From a virus (Duplodnaviria > Caudoviricetes): a stretch of DNA of 25,320 bases. Under the pieces are notes generated by a model. That model was not told the origin of the DNA. It did no database searches and was given only the letters and a program-made list of their open reading frames with translations. The stretch covers positions 1-25,320 of the IMG/VR virus record IMGVR_UViG_3300032327_000484, one strand, 5' to 3'. Every line of letters starts with the position of its first letter. Within the stretch, counting starts at the first letter, position 1. Below are positions 1 to 9,282 of the stretch, piece by piece. The position numbers and the translations under genes are program-made.

Positions 1-132
1 TTGAGATACATCAACAAAACTAGTACCAGTAACAGATAATGTTCTAGTATTAACAGATGTATTAGCTTGAGATACATCAACGAATCCTGTACCAGTAACA
101 GATAATGTTCTAGTATTAACAGAAGTGTTTGC
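1..132. repeat. 66-bp in-frame tandem repeat, 2 copies visible (22 aa unit QANTSVNTRTLSVTGTxFVDVS)
   Basis: ttgagatacatcaac...gtaccagtaacagataatgttctagtattaacaga starts at both 1 and 67. The array may continue beyond the window. Confidence 0.92.
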
Positions 133-621
133 TTGTACATTATTTGCAGTTATATTGTATCTAACTAATACATTGCTTTTAAATTCTGCATTTCCAGTAA
201 CAAATAACACATTATCTAATGTTGTTGGTCCTAATACGTTTAGAGAACCTCCAATGTTTGCTGTATTTGATACTGATAGACCTGTGTTGGGTGCTGTTGC
301 GAATAGAGGACCTTGAACATTTGCTTTACCGGCGGCAATAAGACTAAATTCTGTATTTACTAAAGATGTTAAACCACCGACAGCTAAAGTATTATCTATT
401 GTAACGTTTGATGCTGGTCCCGAAGATTCTAATGTATTATAGAAAATTGCTTTACCGTTAGCTCGAAGAGATTGTGGTGTTCCATTTAAAAGTAGTACGC
501 CAGTATCTTTAGTGTAATCTTCTTTAGCTAGAGTATTATTTTCTTTAGTTAAATTTATTGTCGCGACCATCCATTCAAAGAATGTATTGGCAGTACTTAT
601 AATTGAGACTAGATTAGCCAT
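1..621 (-). CDS. Putative tail fibre/virion structural protein, 5' part only (runs off the left edge)
   Basis: Not in the ORF track because it has no stop in the window. ATG at 621, open to base 1: MANLVSIISTANTFFEWMVATINLTKENNTLAKEDYTKDTG...GGSLNVLGPTTLDNVLFVTGNAEF...QANTSVNTRTLSVTGTGFVDVSQANTSVNTRTLSVTGTSFVDVSQ. The N-terminal 'T(F)FEW..N' segment and the T/N/V/G-rich beta repeats resemble phage fibres. Confidence 0.75.
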   Translation of the reverse strand, partial: MANLVSIISTANTFFEWMVATINLTKENNTLAKEDYTKDTGVLLLNGTPQSLRANGKAIFYNTLESSGPASNVTIDNTLAVGGLTSLVNTEFSLIAAGKANVQGPLFATAPNTGLSVSNTANIGGSLNVLGPTTLDNVLFVTGNAEFKSNVLVRYNITANNVQANTSVNTRTLSVTGTGFVDVSQANTSVNTRTLSVTGTSFVDVSQ

Positions 622-622
622 T

Positions 623-841
623 TTAACCTTTTTGTAATAATTGAATCAACAAATCTTTAATGGTTGTTAATTCTGATTTAATATCGTTAATTTCTGTTTT
701 AACTTTATTTATCTCTTCTTTTTGACTAGTTAAAATTTTGACTTTAGCATAATATTCATCTCTTGCTGCTGTGTCCATATTTATTAATGCCATAGAGTTT
801 GTATCACGAACAAGTTTTGTACCTGTAATTTCAACTAACAT
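623..841 (-). CDS. Small coiled-coil protein (72 aa) of the kind found downstream of VrlC-like genes in T4-like phages
   Basis: The ATG at 841 lies 1 nt after the stop of the 2340-aa gene, so it is preferred over the longer start at 871. Sequence: MLVEITGTKLVRDTNSMALIN... followed by the heptad-like EINKVKTEINDIKSELTTIKDLLIQLL. Confidence 0.75.
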   Translation of the reverse strand: MLVEITGTKLVRDTNSMALINMDTAARDEYYAKVKILTSQKEEINKVKTEINDIKSELTTIKDLLIQLLQKG

Positions 842-842
842 T

Positions 843-3800
843 TTAAATACCTGTTCCAGACGGAAGAGCAATCGCTCGAAGATTTGTCAGAAAAGGAACT
901 GTAGTTCTATCGTTAGTAGTAATAACAATTTTTATAGCAAATTGAATAAAAGAATCATATGATTGTCCATTAGAACTTAAATATGTGATATAATTATCTG
1001 CTATACCATTAGTTCCCGGTGCAGCTTCAAATTCATACAAATCTGTTCTATTTTTAGAGAATACATTTTTACTTTGTCCTACGATTGTCATTAATTTCCA
1101 TGAATTATCATCGAAATTTGAAGTATCACGAGAATCTAATAATTTATAGAAAACATATATATTTGTTCCTAGAGGACGATATGCGGTATAATATACTCTC
1201 AAATCTTGAGAATCATTACCTGGAGCAAGTACAACTTTTTTAGTTAGATATCTACAATCAGCATTACCACCCTGAGGTGAATATTCACTTATAGTAGATA
1301 TTATTGCAGTTTCTGTATTTGGTCCAGTTATTGTAATTGATGGTGCTGTCAAATAGCCCGAACCTGATGTTGTAACAAATACGCTTTGTACATTACCTCC
1401 AGATAATTTAACATTTGCATACGCTTGAATACCACCATCCAGATCAGGAGCAGAAACTGTAGCTCTTACATTCGAATCATAACCTGCACCATCATTTACT
1501 ATAATAATTTGATTATTAGATAGTCCCAAATTGTTGACTTTCCATTCAACATTATAAACTGATAATCCATCATCAGATACTAAAGGAGAAAGTACATCGT
1601 CATTTGAATATAATGTTGCTGTGAGTGAAAATGAATTATTGCTATTAGCCAATAATACTCTTTCACCTAAACCATCTGACAAGTATATGTCATCGTATGT
1701 TGGTGAACCAAATTTTCCTGGTGAAATTGATGTAGATCCAACTTTTTCTCCAGTTGAATTTAATGTTGCATTATAACTATATGTAATATTTGTTAAGTTT
1801 GGAATAAAATCAGTTGTTGTTATATTATATGCGTCAGAAAGTATGTTTTTTCCTGCATAAGTATTAAAATTATTAATAGGTGTATCAGGATTGTCTTTAT
1901 AGTTAATAATATTTGAAATGTTTTTACGGAATGGTAAACCTTTGGGTACAACAAAAGGAATTTCTCGTACACCCGTAGTAAACTTACAGCGATTAATTAC
2001 TAACATTAGACTCTTTGCTTGATCTGCCGTCCAAGTTATACCATTTTGAGATTCGAATAATGCTCCAACATAAGGTGCATTTGACAGTTTTTGTGTACCT
2101 GTAGGATTTGAATCCGTATAGTTTGTTTTTGCTGTAGACGGAATTATAGTCCCCTCTCGCGCAGCGGCATACACGTTATATTCTGTCGAAGAACTCTTTA
2201 ATATAAACGCATACAATACACCTGCTTGTATATACACTGGAGCAGGAAATTGAAATACAGTTGCACAATCAGGATTTAAATAATGTAAATTTCCTGTTGT
2301 TGTTGTAGTTTTTACTTTATCTGGTGTAAGTGTAACAATAGAGTAATCTAATGTTTCGCCATTTGGATATCCATTTAATGTGTTCACAATTGATAATGTG
2401 ATTGAATCGGATGTTGTTGGCTTACTCTGAAAGAATACAGAAATAGAATCTATAAACAATCCATTTGGATAATTATCTTTCGATAAAATAAATGCTTGTG
2501 CAAGAGGATCCCATGGAGAATATGACGTTACTGTGGTTGATGTTCTAGCAGTTACTTGATTGGATAAATATTTTGTTTGTGTGAAAGTATTTTTTGCACC
2601 TGCAATAGATGCTCCAAAATCGAGTGCTTGCGATCTTGTGGCCAAACCTGAAGCTGTGAAAGTTCCTTCGGCATAAGTCGTTGCGGAAGTTGGATCTGTT
2701 GACACCGTTCTATTATCAACACGAAACACCCTCTCACCATTTTTAAATATACCTTTTGGTACGTTAAAGATTCCAACAAAAGTACCAGTCTCATCTGTTG
2801 ACAATTTATCTAGTTTGTTTTTTTGTGCTGCTAATTTATAACTAGTTTCTGTACCCTCAATCGAATAAAAAGATGTTAAGTCTTGTCCACCAACATTCAA
2901 GTTTCCACCAACAGAAATGTTAACTGGAGTATCAAGTGTTACCGCACAAGTTGAAGCAGTAAATGCTGTAATGTTCGCAGTATAATTTTGTGGTGTGGCT
3001 GTGGCTTTACCCGTTAGAGGATCAATTTCAACATAAGTGGAAATAAATTTAATTTTGCAACCGACATAAAAACCGTCTACTGGTTTTGCCATACCATTTA
3101 ATGAAACCTGAGTTGCTCCAACATAAAATAGTCCTCCTCCAGGCATTTCAATTTGAGTACCTGCATTTAGGGGTGTTGTTTGTCCTTTCAATGTATGAGT
3201 TCCAAATATAACTGTACCGCTTGTTAATACTTGTGATGATGCGGACCATGGACCACTAGAAATTGCCGCTCCGATGTAAGCATCACCATCATCATCTGTA
3301 CTGTAACAATATATTTCAAAAGTGTGAGTTCCTTCTGTTAAAGTGATACCAGCAGGAGTATAAACGCCACCTGATCCATTTAAAGTGTGCGAATTCCAAT
3401 AAGTTGTTCCATCAATTTTAACGTAACCAAATTTATCATCATCTGAACCAACCCTGAGATAATATGTACCCGTAAATGGTACAGTAAAATTAAATTTACC
3501 TGCAGGTAAATTTAGTCCTCGACCAGTTGGTGTTCCCCAAATACCATAAGTATCGCTGAAAGGTCCATGATAAACATTTACTCGATAATATTTAATAGTC
3601 GTTCCTAAAACATCAACAAATGTGCCACCAACAGTGGACACATAACCTGTTTTATGTACGGTAATTATTTTGCTATCTATTATAGCACCACTTGCTGTAG
3701 TTGTTTGATATACTCCTTCCGAATTAAGAAAACCATTATATATTCTTTCAATTTTCGTTTCCCACTGATATGTCGTGTGAAAATTGCCCACGATTGATAA

Positions 3801-6800
3801 TCTAACATTAGCCGTTGCTGGATAATTGTATGCATTAGTAACTGTGGCGATAGGATAAAAAATATTATTATTGAAAAAACCAATAACATCATTTTCGTTA
3901 AATGTACCTGTAACATTTTTCAATTCAATCGAATCTGGAGCACACATATAATCATTAACATTAACTCCATCAAATGTACATGTTATTGGTGCATTTACTT
4001 TTAAACCTTTTGCTCGGACCATAATTTGTTGCGGTCTTATATAAGGTAAAATACTTATGTCTGTGATATAATTATTATTTAATCTGTAAGTATTTTCAAT
4101 ATTGGTATAATTACCCATTATATTATTTTGCGATAGTGTTCCATATGTTGTAGTTGTAGCTTCTCTATCGGTTTGTGTGTATCCAACAAAACCGAATGGA
4201 CTCCAGTTTACGTTGTGTCCTACAACATTAAATTGATTTACGATGTTTCCTGTGGCTGTGGATGATGTTGTTGTTCCAGGAACAACTTTCCAATCTCCCG
4301 TAGTCAATTGGTTGACTTGATCACTTTGTTGATAAACTTGTAGATTTGGATTAACAATTAACAAATCTGGTGCTTTAGTATTGTCTACCCAATTGTCCAT
4401 TGGTGGATTAAGTTCAACTACACCTTCAACTATTGAAACAGCAAATGGATTAACATTAACCGTTGTTGTTGCATATTGTTGTTGTGTTACAGTAAAAGAT
4501 GTATATGGTAAAGAAAATAGATTTGTTGCTTTATTAACGTTTTTTATTGCATAAGAAACTGAACCTGATGCTAACTTCCCTAACGAATTCAATGCAGCTA
4601 GATTCTGTAATGGGAAGTTCAGAACATTTTGTTCAGCAGTAAGTTCTCGCGTTCTTTTATTAATCGAACATGAAAAATAAGGATTTGATGAATCTGCTGT
4701 AGCAAAAGAAGAAAAATCATCCACTAAAATACCATTTTTAAATCTATTTAATCCATTAACGTCTGGTATTTGTGTAGATTGAGCTTTTTGTTCAAGAACA
4801 TTTAATGCTGTATAATATTCAATATTGTTGATTCGTTTTTGTAAATTAGAAATATCTTGCATTCTCCAACGTTTATGGTGAACAGGTTCAAATGATATAT
4901 TTGGTGTTGTTCCTATTGGATTTTCTCCGGGAACATAAGCAGTGTAAGCATCCAAACTAATTTGTGAGAGAACTAATGCGCCGTCAGGTTCTATTGGAAA
5001 ATTTGGATTAGATGAAGATGTTCCTGTGACAAACTGAAAACTTCTGTCTTTTGTTAAAACCAATAAATCTTTTCTAGGCAAATAATATGAATAATCATTA
5101 GTGAGAAGAGATAGATCTGCTGGAATAAGTGCTCCGGAATCTGAAATTGTTTGATCTTGTGTGAAAGCAAAAGCAAAAGTCGCATTCGCATTTTTTCGTG
5201 TTGGTCTAAAATCTAAACAATCTCGTAATGGATATGTTGCACCATTTTTTGCTGTATAAACAGGTATTACTTCATATCTTTCAGGACTTAATGATATCGG
5301 AGCCAAATATGATTTTACACCGAAATATCCATCGCCACCAGTGTGTGAATAATAATCAACTAAAACAAGTAAATTACCTCTAGCTTTTGGTGCACCAGAT
5401 TTTAGCGTGATTGTTGCATGATCATAATAATTGTCTGTTTGTCCAGTACTCAAAGTGTAGAACGAAGTTACATCATAAGCTGAATCTGTTAACATCGCGT
5501 TTGTAGGAACTGTTCCAGCTGCAAGAGTATCTATAATTTTTACAATTCTTTTAACATCAGATATAAAAAGACTTTGTTTTTTTCCTGCTGCAACAATACC
5601 TGCTTTTTGAATATAAACTTGGCCATATGTTAGATTAACTTTTGTGTAAACAGCGACAGTTGTACCATTAATATATACTTGTGAATTTGCGGCTTTTATT
5701 AAATCTTTACCTCGAAGAACAACAGAAGTGTTATCCGCGGTTGGAACAGAAATTGTTGCGATAACATCAACTGTTAATGGTGTTACTAAATCTGTCGCAC
5801 TAAATGTTGCAGTTAATCTATCATTTGAAATAGAAACATTTCTATCAGCATCGCCTGCAAAATTAAGAATTTGTCCATTAGTTAAACTACTATTTCCTCC
5901 TTTATCACGCACAATAATTGTAAATAATGTAGTAATTTCCGAATTGGAAAGATTTCCTGATGAAACTGTTCTACCTAAAAAATTTAAAGCTGATGAGCTT
6001 AACGTAATTGAAAGTCTAGTTGTTCCAGAAACAGAACTAAAACTTTTGTTTCTAAAATACTTTTGTGATTCATATGATGTATCATTAAATGATTGCACAT
6101 ATCTATTTCCAAGAGGAAATATTAACTCTGGCCTACTATCATCTTGTAGAACAGTATCACCCGAAGAAATACTTCCGATTTTGCTTGATGGATCAATTGA
6201 AGCTGAAGATACTACAGAATAATTTGTACTTGCTTTTACAATTGTTTCTGCATCTTTTAATTTAAATCTTATTGAAAAATTAGACGATGATGTTGGTGTT
6301 ACTGAAAATACTTCGGAAACTGTTGCTGTTTTTGTTGCTCCATCATATGATTGGATTTTTCTAACATCTGTTCCTGTATCAATAGTAATAATTGCACCAA
6401 CATATGCATCATTTTTTGATGAAAATTTACCGTTTCTATCATAAAAAGTAATAGTGTTAGTTGTAGCAGAAACAGCATTTGATGTTAATATTGATGTTGC
6501 AGTATCAAAAATATACATTTTATACACATATGATGAAGTATCAGTTACAGTATTATAGTGATCAAATTTTAAATTTCGAATTCGTGCTGTTGCAACCAAA
6601 GTAGACATATATGTATTTGCATTTGCACTAACAACATTAGCTAATGGAACACTATGTAAATCAATCTGTGACATATCTGTAATATCAAATGTGCTGCTAG
6701 AACTTGCTCTTACATTGTTTACGTAAAGAAAGTTTCCATAACTTATATAAAGAGAATTATTGTTAATCGATTTATATTCACGCGCTTTATTTGTGGTTAA

Positions 6801-7865
6801 TTTTATAGGAGATTGATTTTCTAATCTATAACCACGAACGTATGCTATTCCTTTACCAATACTGACATCAAAAGTGGATGAATTCGCAGTATTTGCGGTG
6901 GGTGTTATTTTAAAATCATCTACAACATAATCACCATTTGTATCATATGTTCTTTTTGCAAAATAATCATCAATTTTAGAATAAACTGTATCGTCAACTT
7001 GTTTGATTACTTCTCCATTTTCGATTCGAACAAGTTCAATAAAATTTTGATCGTTAACTAACGTGAAAGATAGTGTTATTAACGTTAAATCAATTATGTA
7101 ACGATCGGCACCAGGTGCTTGATAGTTTGTTGAACCTATAGTTGGATCCAATAAATCCGGATTGGTGATATAATCTGTATAAGTTTCTGTAATTAATAGA
7201 CCGATACGAGCAGTAGGTAAAGAAGAATATTTACTTAAAATTGTAGTTGATGGTTGTACACTTACAAAATTTCCTATAGAATAGCGTGAATATGTGCCAT
7301 CAGGATTAGGTTCAGTTGAATAATTGTAACCATTAACAACGTAGAAAATACCTTGAGAAATGGATGCTGTTGATGCTGAACCAGTGCAAGTTGTTCCTCC
7401 AGTTGTACCAATTGTTGTTGCTAAAGTGTTTGTTCCGTCGATTGGATATATTACTGTATTGTCTGTAAATTGTGTTCCTGATAAATATGAAATTATTAAT
7501 GTTGGAGGATCACCACCATCACCAGTAGACTCCGCTGTGGCAATAACTTTAGCAACAATTGTTCCGGTAGAATCTGTAATAATTTTATTTAAAAAATCAC
7601 CAGCTACAATATCGGCGCCCTCATATTGTGTATTCAATTTAATATAGTTACACTTTAAATTAATAGTAATTTTACCGCCACTGACAGGTGTATTTTTTGC
7701 AAAAATGGCATCAGCAAAATTTGAGATTTGGTTTTGTAAGATGGTTTGTAATTGTGTTAACTCACGCGCTTGTACCGCTCTACCGGGTTTGAACAGAATT
7801 CTATGATAATTTTTATTTGGATCAAAATCATCATAGTATGGATCTGTATTAAAATTTAATGCCAT
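843..7865 (-). CDS. Giant virion structural protein, VrlC-like/DUF4815 family (2340 aa)
   Basis: Hallmark N-terminus PYYDDFDPNKNYHRILFKPGRAVQARELTQLQTILQNQI. Further motifs: APGADRY, KRTYDTNGDY, GIAYVRGY, LDFRP, RINNIEYYTALNVLE, NRFKNGILVDDF, WDPLAQAF, C-terminal FAIKIV...VP...NLRAIAL. Located after gp8. Confidence 0.88.
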   Translation of the reverse strand: MALNFNTDPYYDDFDPNKNYHRILFKPGRAVQARELTQLQTILQNQISNFADAIFAKNTPVSGGKITINLKCNYIKLNTQYEGADIVAGDFLNKIITDSTGTIVAKVIATAESTGDGGDPPTLIISYLSGTQFTDNTVIYPIDGTNTLATTIGTTGGTTCTGSASTASISQGIFYVVNGYNYSTEPNPDGTYSRYSIGNFVSVQPSTTILSKYSSLPTARIGLLITETYTDYITNPDLLDPTIGSTNYQAPGADRYIIDLTLITLSFTLVNDQNFIELVRIENGEVIKQVDDTVYSKIDDYFAKRTYDTNGDYVVDDFKITPTANTANSSTFDVSIGKGIAYVRGYRLENQSPIKLTTNKAREYKSINNNSLYISYGNFLYVNNVRASSSSTFDITDMSQIDLHSVPLANVVSANANTYMSTLVATARIRNLKFDHYNTVTDTSSYVYKMYIFDTATSILTSNAVSATTNTITFYDRNGKFSSKNDAYVGAIITIDTGTDVRKIQSYDGATKTATVSEVFSVTPTSSSNFSIRFKLKDAETIVKASTNYSVVSSASIDPSSKIGSISSGDTVLQDDSRPELIFPLGNRYVQSFNDTSYESQKYFRNKSFSSVSGTTRLSITLSSSALNFLGRTVSSGNLSNSEITTLFTIIVRDKGGNSSLTNGQILNFAGDADRNVSISNDRLTATFSATDLVTPLTVDVIATISVPTADNTSVVLRGKDLIKAANSQVYINGTTVAVYTKVNLTYGQVYIQKAGIVAAGKKQSLFISDVKRIVKIIDTLAAGTVPTNAMLTDSAYDVTSFYTLSTGQTDNYYDHATITLKSGAPKARGNLLVLVDYYSHTGGDGYFGVKSYLAPISLSPERYEVIPVYTAKNGATYPLRDCLDFRPTRKNANATFAFAFTQDQTISDSGALIPADLSLLTNDYSYYLPRKDLLVLTKDRSFQFVTGTSSSNPNFPIEPDGALVLSQISLDAYTAYVPGENPIGTTPNISFEPVHHKRWRMQDISNLQKRINNIEYYTALNVLEQKAQSTQIPDVNGLNRFKNGILVDDFSSFATADSSNPYFSCSINKRTRELTAEQNVLNFPLQNLAALNSLGKLASGSVSYAIKNVNKATNLFSLPYTSFTVTQQQYATTTVNVNPFAVSIVEGVVELNPPMDNWVDNTKAPDLLIVNPNLQVYQQSDQVNQLTTGDWKVVPGTTTSSTATGNIVNQFNVVGHNVNWSPFGFVGYTQTDREATTTTYGTLSQNNIMGNYTNIENTYRLNNNYITDISILPYIRPQQIMVRAKGLKVNAPITCTFDGVNVNDYMCAPDSIELKNVTGTFNENDVIGFFNNNIFYPIATVTNAYNYPATANVRLSIVGNFHTTYQWETKIERIYNGFLNSEGVYQTTTASGAIIDSKIITVHKTGYVSTVGGTFVDVLGTTIKYYRVNVYHGPFSDTYGIWGTPTGRGLNLPAGKFNFTVPFTGTYYLRVGSDDDKFGYVKIDGTTYWNSHTLNGSGGVYTPAGITLTEGTHTFEIYCYSTDDDGDAYIGAAISSGPWSASSQVLTSGTVIFGTHTLKGQTTPLNAGTQIEMPGGGLFYVGATQVSLNGMAKPVDGFYVGCKIKFISTYVEIDPLTGKATATPQNYTANITAFTASTCAVTLDTPVNISVGGNLNVGGQDLTSFYSIEGTETSYKLAAQKNKLDKLSTDETGTFVGIFNVPKGIFKNGERVFRVDNRTVSTDPTSATTYAEGTFTASGLATRSQALDFGASIAGAKNTFTQTKYLSNQVTARTSTTVTSYSPWDPLAQAFILSKDNYPNGLFIDSISVFFQSKPTTSDSITLSIVNTLNGYPNGETLDYSIVTLTPDKVKTTTTTGNLHYLNPDCATVFQFPAPVYIQAGVLYAFILKSSSTEYNVYAAAREGTIIPSTAKTNYTDSNPTGTQKLSNAPYVGALFESQNGITWTADQAKSLMLVINRCKFTTGVREIPFVVPKGLPFRKNISNIINYKDNPDTPINNFNTYAGKNILSDAYNITTTDFIPNLTNITYSYNATLNSTGEKVGSTSISPGKFGSPTYDDIYLSDGLGERVLLANSNNSFSLTATLYSNDDVLSPLVSDDGLSVYNVEWKVNNLGLSNNQIIIVNDGAGYDSNVRATVSAPDLDGGIQAYANVKLSGGNVQSVFVTTSGSGYLTAPSITITGPNTETAIISTISEYSPQGGNADCRYLTKKVVLAPGNDSQDLRVYYTAYRPLGTNIYVFYKLLDSRDTSNFDDNSWKLMTIVGQSKNVFSKNRTDLYEFEAAPGTNGIADNYITYLSSNGQSYDSFIQFAIKIVITTNDRTTVPFLTNLRAIALPSGTGI

Positions 7866-7868
7866 TGG

Positions 7869-9269
7869 TTAGTATCCTAAAACGAATTTAAATTGTTCTA
7901 TACCGTCGTCACTTCTTGCAACTGCGCTTCTATTCTCAATATATATTATGTTTCCAGAAAACTTATAAAGATCTGAGTTACTGGCTCCCAATAATGTTCT
8001 TGTTGTTTTCGAAACTTTGCTGTATAATTGTGAACCAATAGTGTAAGAACCTGATGTATTTATTACTTGTAATAAATTCTTCACTTTATCAAAACTTAAA
8101 ACTGTTCCTCTAAATGTTTTTTGATCATCTGTTACAAAACCCGATGATCCTTGAAACACTTCTTCATCTGGAACATAAAAACCAAATCCTGGCGAAACGT
8201 TAAATTGTGTCGCAGTGTTGTATATTGTTGCATTTGCTGCATAAGGATAAGTTTTTGTTGATTTAGGATTCAATAATAATCCAACTTGTCTGTAATCAAT
8301 GTCTGTCGGTATATTTTGAACACCATTAATAGTTTCTGTTGCGTTAAATTCTGTCGTAATCATAAAATGTCTACAACCCAATTCTGATTTTGGATCGAAT
8401 CCATGTCCACCAACCGGTGAAATTGCAGCATAAAAAGAAGCTCCTGATCCATATGATGTACCGTTTGCTGCAACACTAGTTACTGTTATATTTGCATATG
8501 TGTAATTTGATCCTGGAGTTCTTATAAAGACATCAGAGATTATACCACCATCAGTTGTGACATTTGCTGTTGCTCCAGTTCCATCTCCTTTGATATTTAA
8601 AGTAATTAAAGTGTTAATTGGATCATAACCTGATCCTCCATTTATTACACCTATCACATCAATATTTCCTATGCCGGCCGAAGATTGTTGAGCATTTGGT
8701 ATTATATTTGTTGCATCAACTGGCATCCACAAAGCATCCATAAACTTAGTTTTTCCTTGCTGAGAGACTGTGTATATGTATTTCCATTTATATCCATCAT
8801 CTCCAACATATACGTTATTTGTTCCATAAGAGCCTGGTTGAAATGTTGGCTCATCGGTAGAAACTGCACCGTTGTTATTCCATAAACACTTATAAACTTG
8901 ATCATATCTATTTCTAACATAATATTTCAATACATTAAAACCATTGTCATCAACTTCAAACATATCAATATCATCTCTATAATAGTCGTATATTTGACCT
9001 GTTGTCCAATCGTGTCTTTCAATAACAGGTGAAACGTCAGAATTTAATATTTTTTTAGCAACAAACATACTTTTAAATATATCTTTTAAATATTTTTGAT
9101 CTTGTCTTGGTTGCTCTGGATCAGCATCATCTGACCAAGGTATAACTTTTGATAAAAAACAATACATGTTGTTAATATTTTGTCCTGCAACTAATGCAGT
9201 AGGTGCAAAGTAATCTAACATTACTTGTTCTAAATTAAATCCATATGTGAGTAGATTTTTATTTGCCAT
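7869..9269 (-). CDS. gp8: Baseplate wedge subunit, T4 gp8-like
   Basis: Motifs RHDWTTGQIYDYY, VYKCLWNN, DGYKWKYIY, DYRQVGLLLNP and C-terminal SGNIIYIENRSAVARSDDGIEQFKFVLGY, plus synteny. Confidence 0.9.
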   Translation of the reverse strand: MANKNLLTYGFNLEQVMLDYFAPTALVAGQNINNMYCFLSKVIPWSDDADPEQPRQDQKYLKDIFKSMFVAKKILNSDVSPVIERHDWTTGQIYDYYRDDIDMFEVDDNGFNVLKYYVRNRYDQVYKCLWNNNGAVSTDEPTFQPGSYGTNNVYVGDDGYKWKYIYTVSQQGKTKFMDALWMPVDATNIIPNAQQSSAGIGNIDVIGVINGGSGYDPINTLITLNIKGDGTGATANVTTDGGIISDVFIRTPGSNYTYANITVTSVAANGTSYGSGASFYAAISPVGGHGFDPKSELGCRHFMITTEFNATETINGVQNIPTDIDYRQVGLLLNPKSTKTYPYAANATIYNTATQFNVSPGFGFYVPDEEVFQGSSGFVTDDQKTFRGTVLSFDKVKNLLQVINTSGSYTIGSQLYSKVSKTTRTLLGASNSDLYKFSGNIIYIENRSAVARSDDGIEQFKFVLGY

Positions 9270-9282
9270 TATTTAATTCCAA

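Noticed and set aside
842-871. Upstream start of the 82-aa ORF
   Set aside because: It overlaps the end of the VrlC-like gene. The ATG at 841 is better placed for translational coupling.
5728-6222. 164-aa plus-strand ORF and other antisense or alternate-frame ORFs (125, 771, 2552, 3680, 7360, 8685, 8702, 10529, 13921, 14038, 14260, 16722, 17673, 18159, 21890)
   Set aside because: They lie within or across well-supported genes and have no recognisable motifs. They are best explained as shadow ORFs from codon bias.
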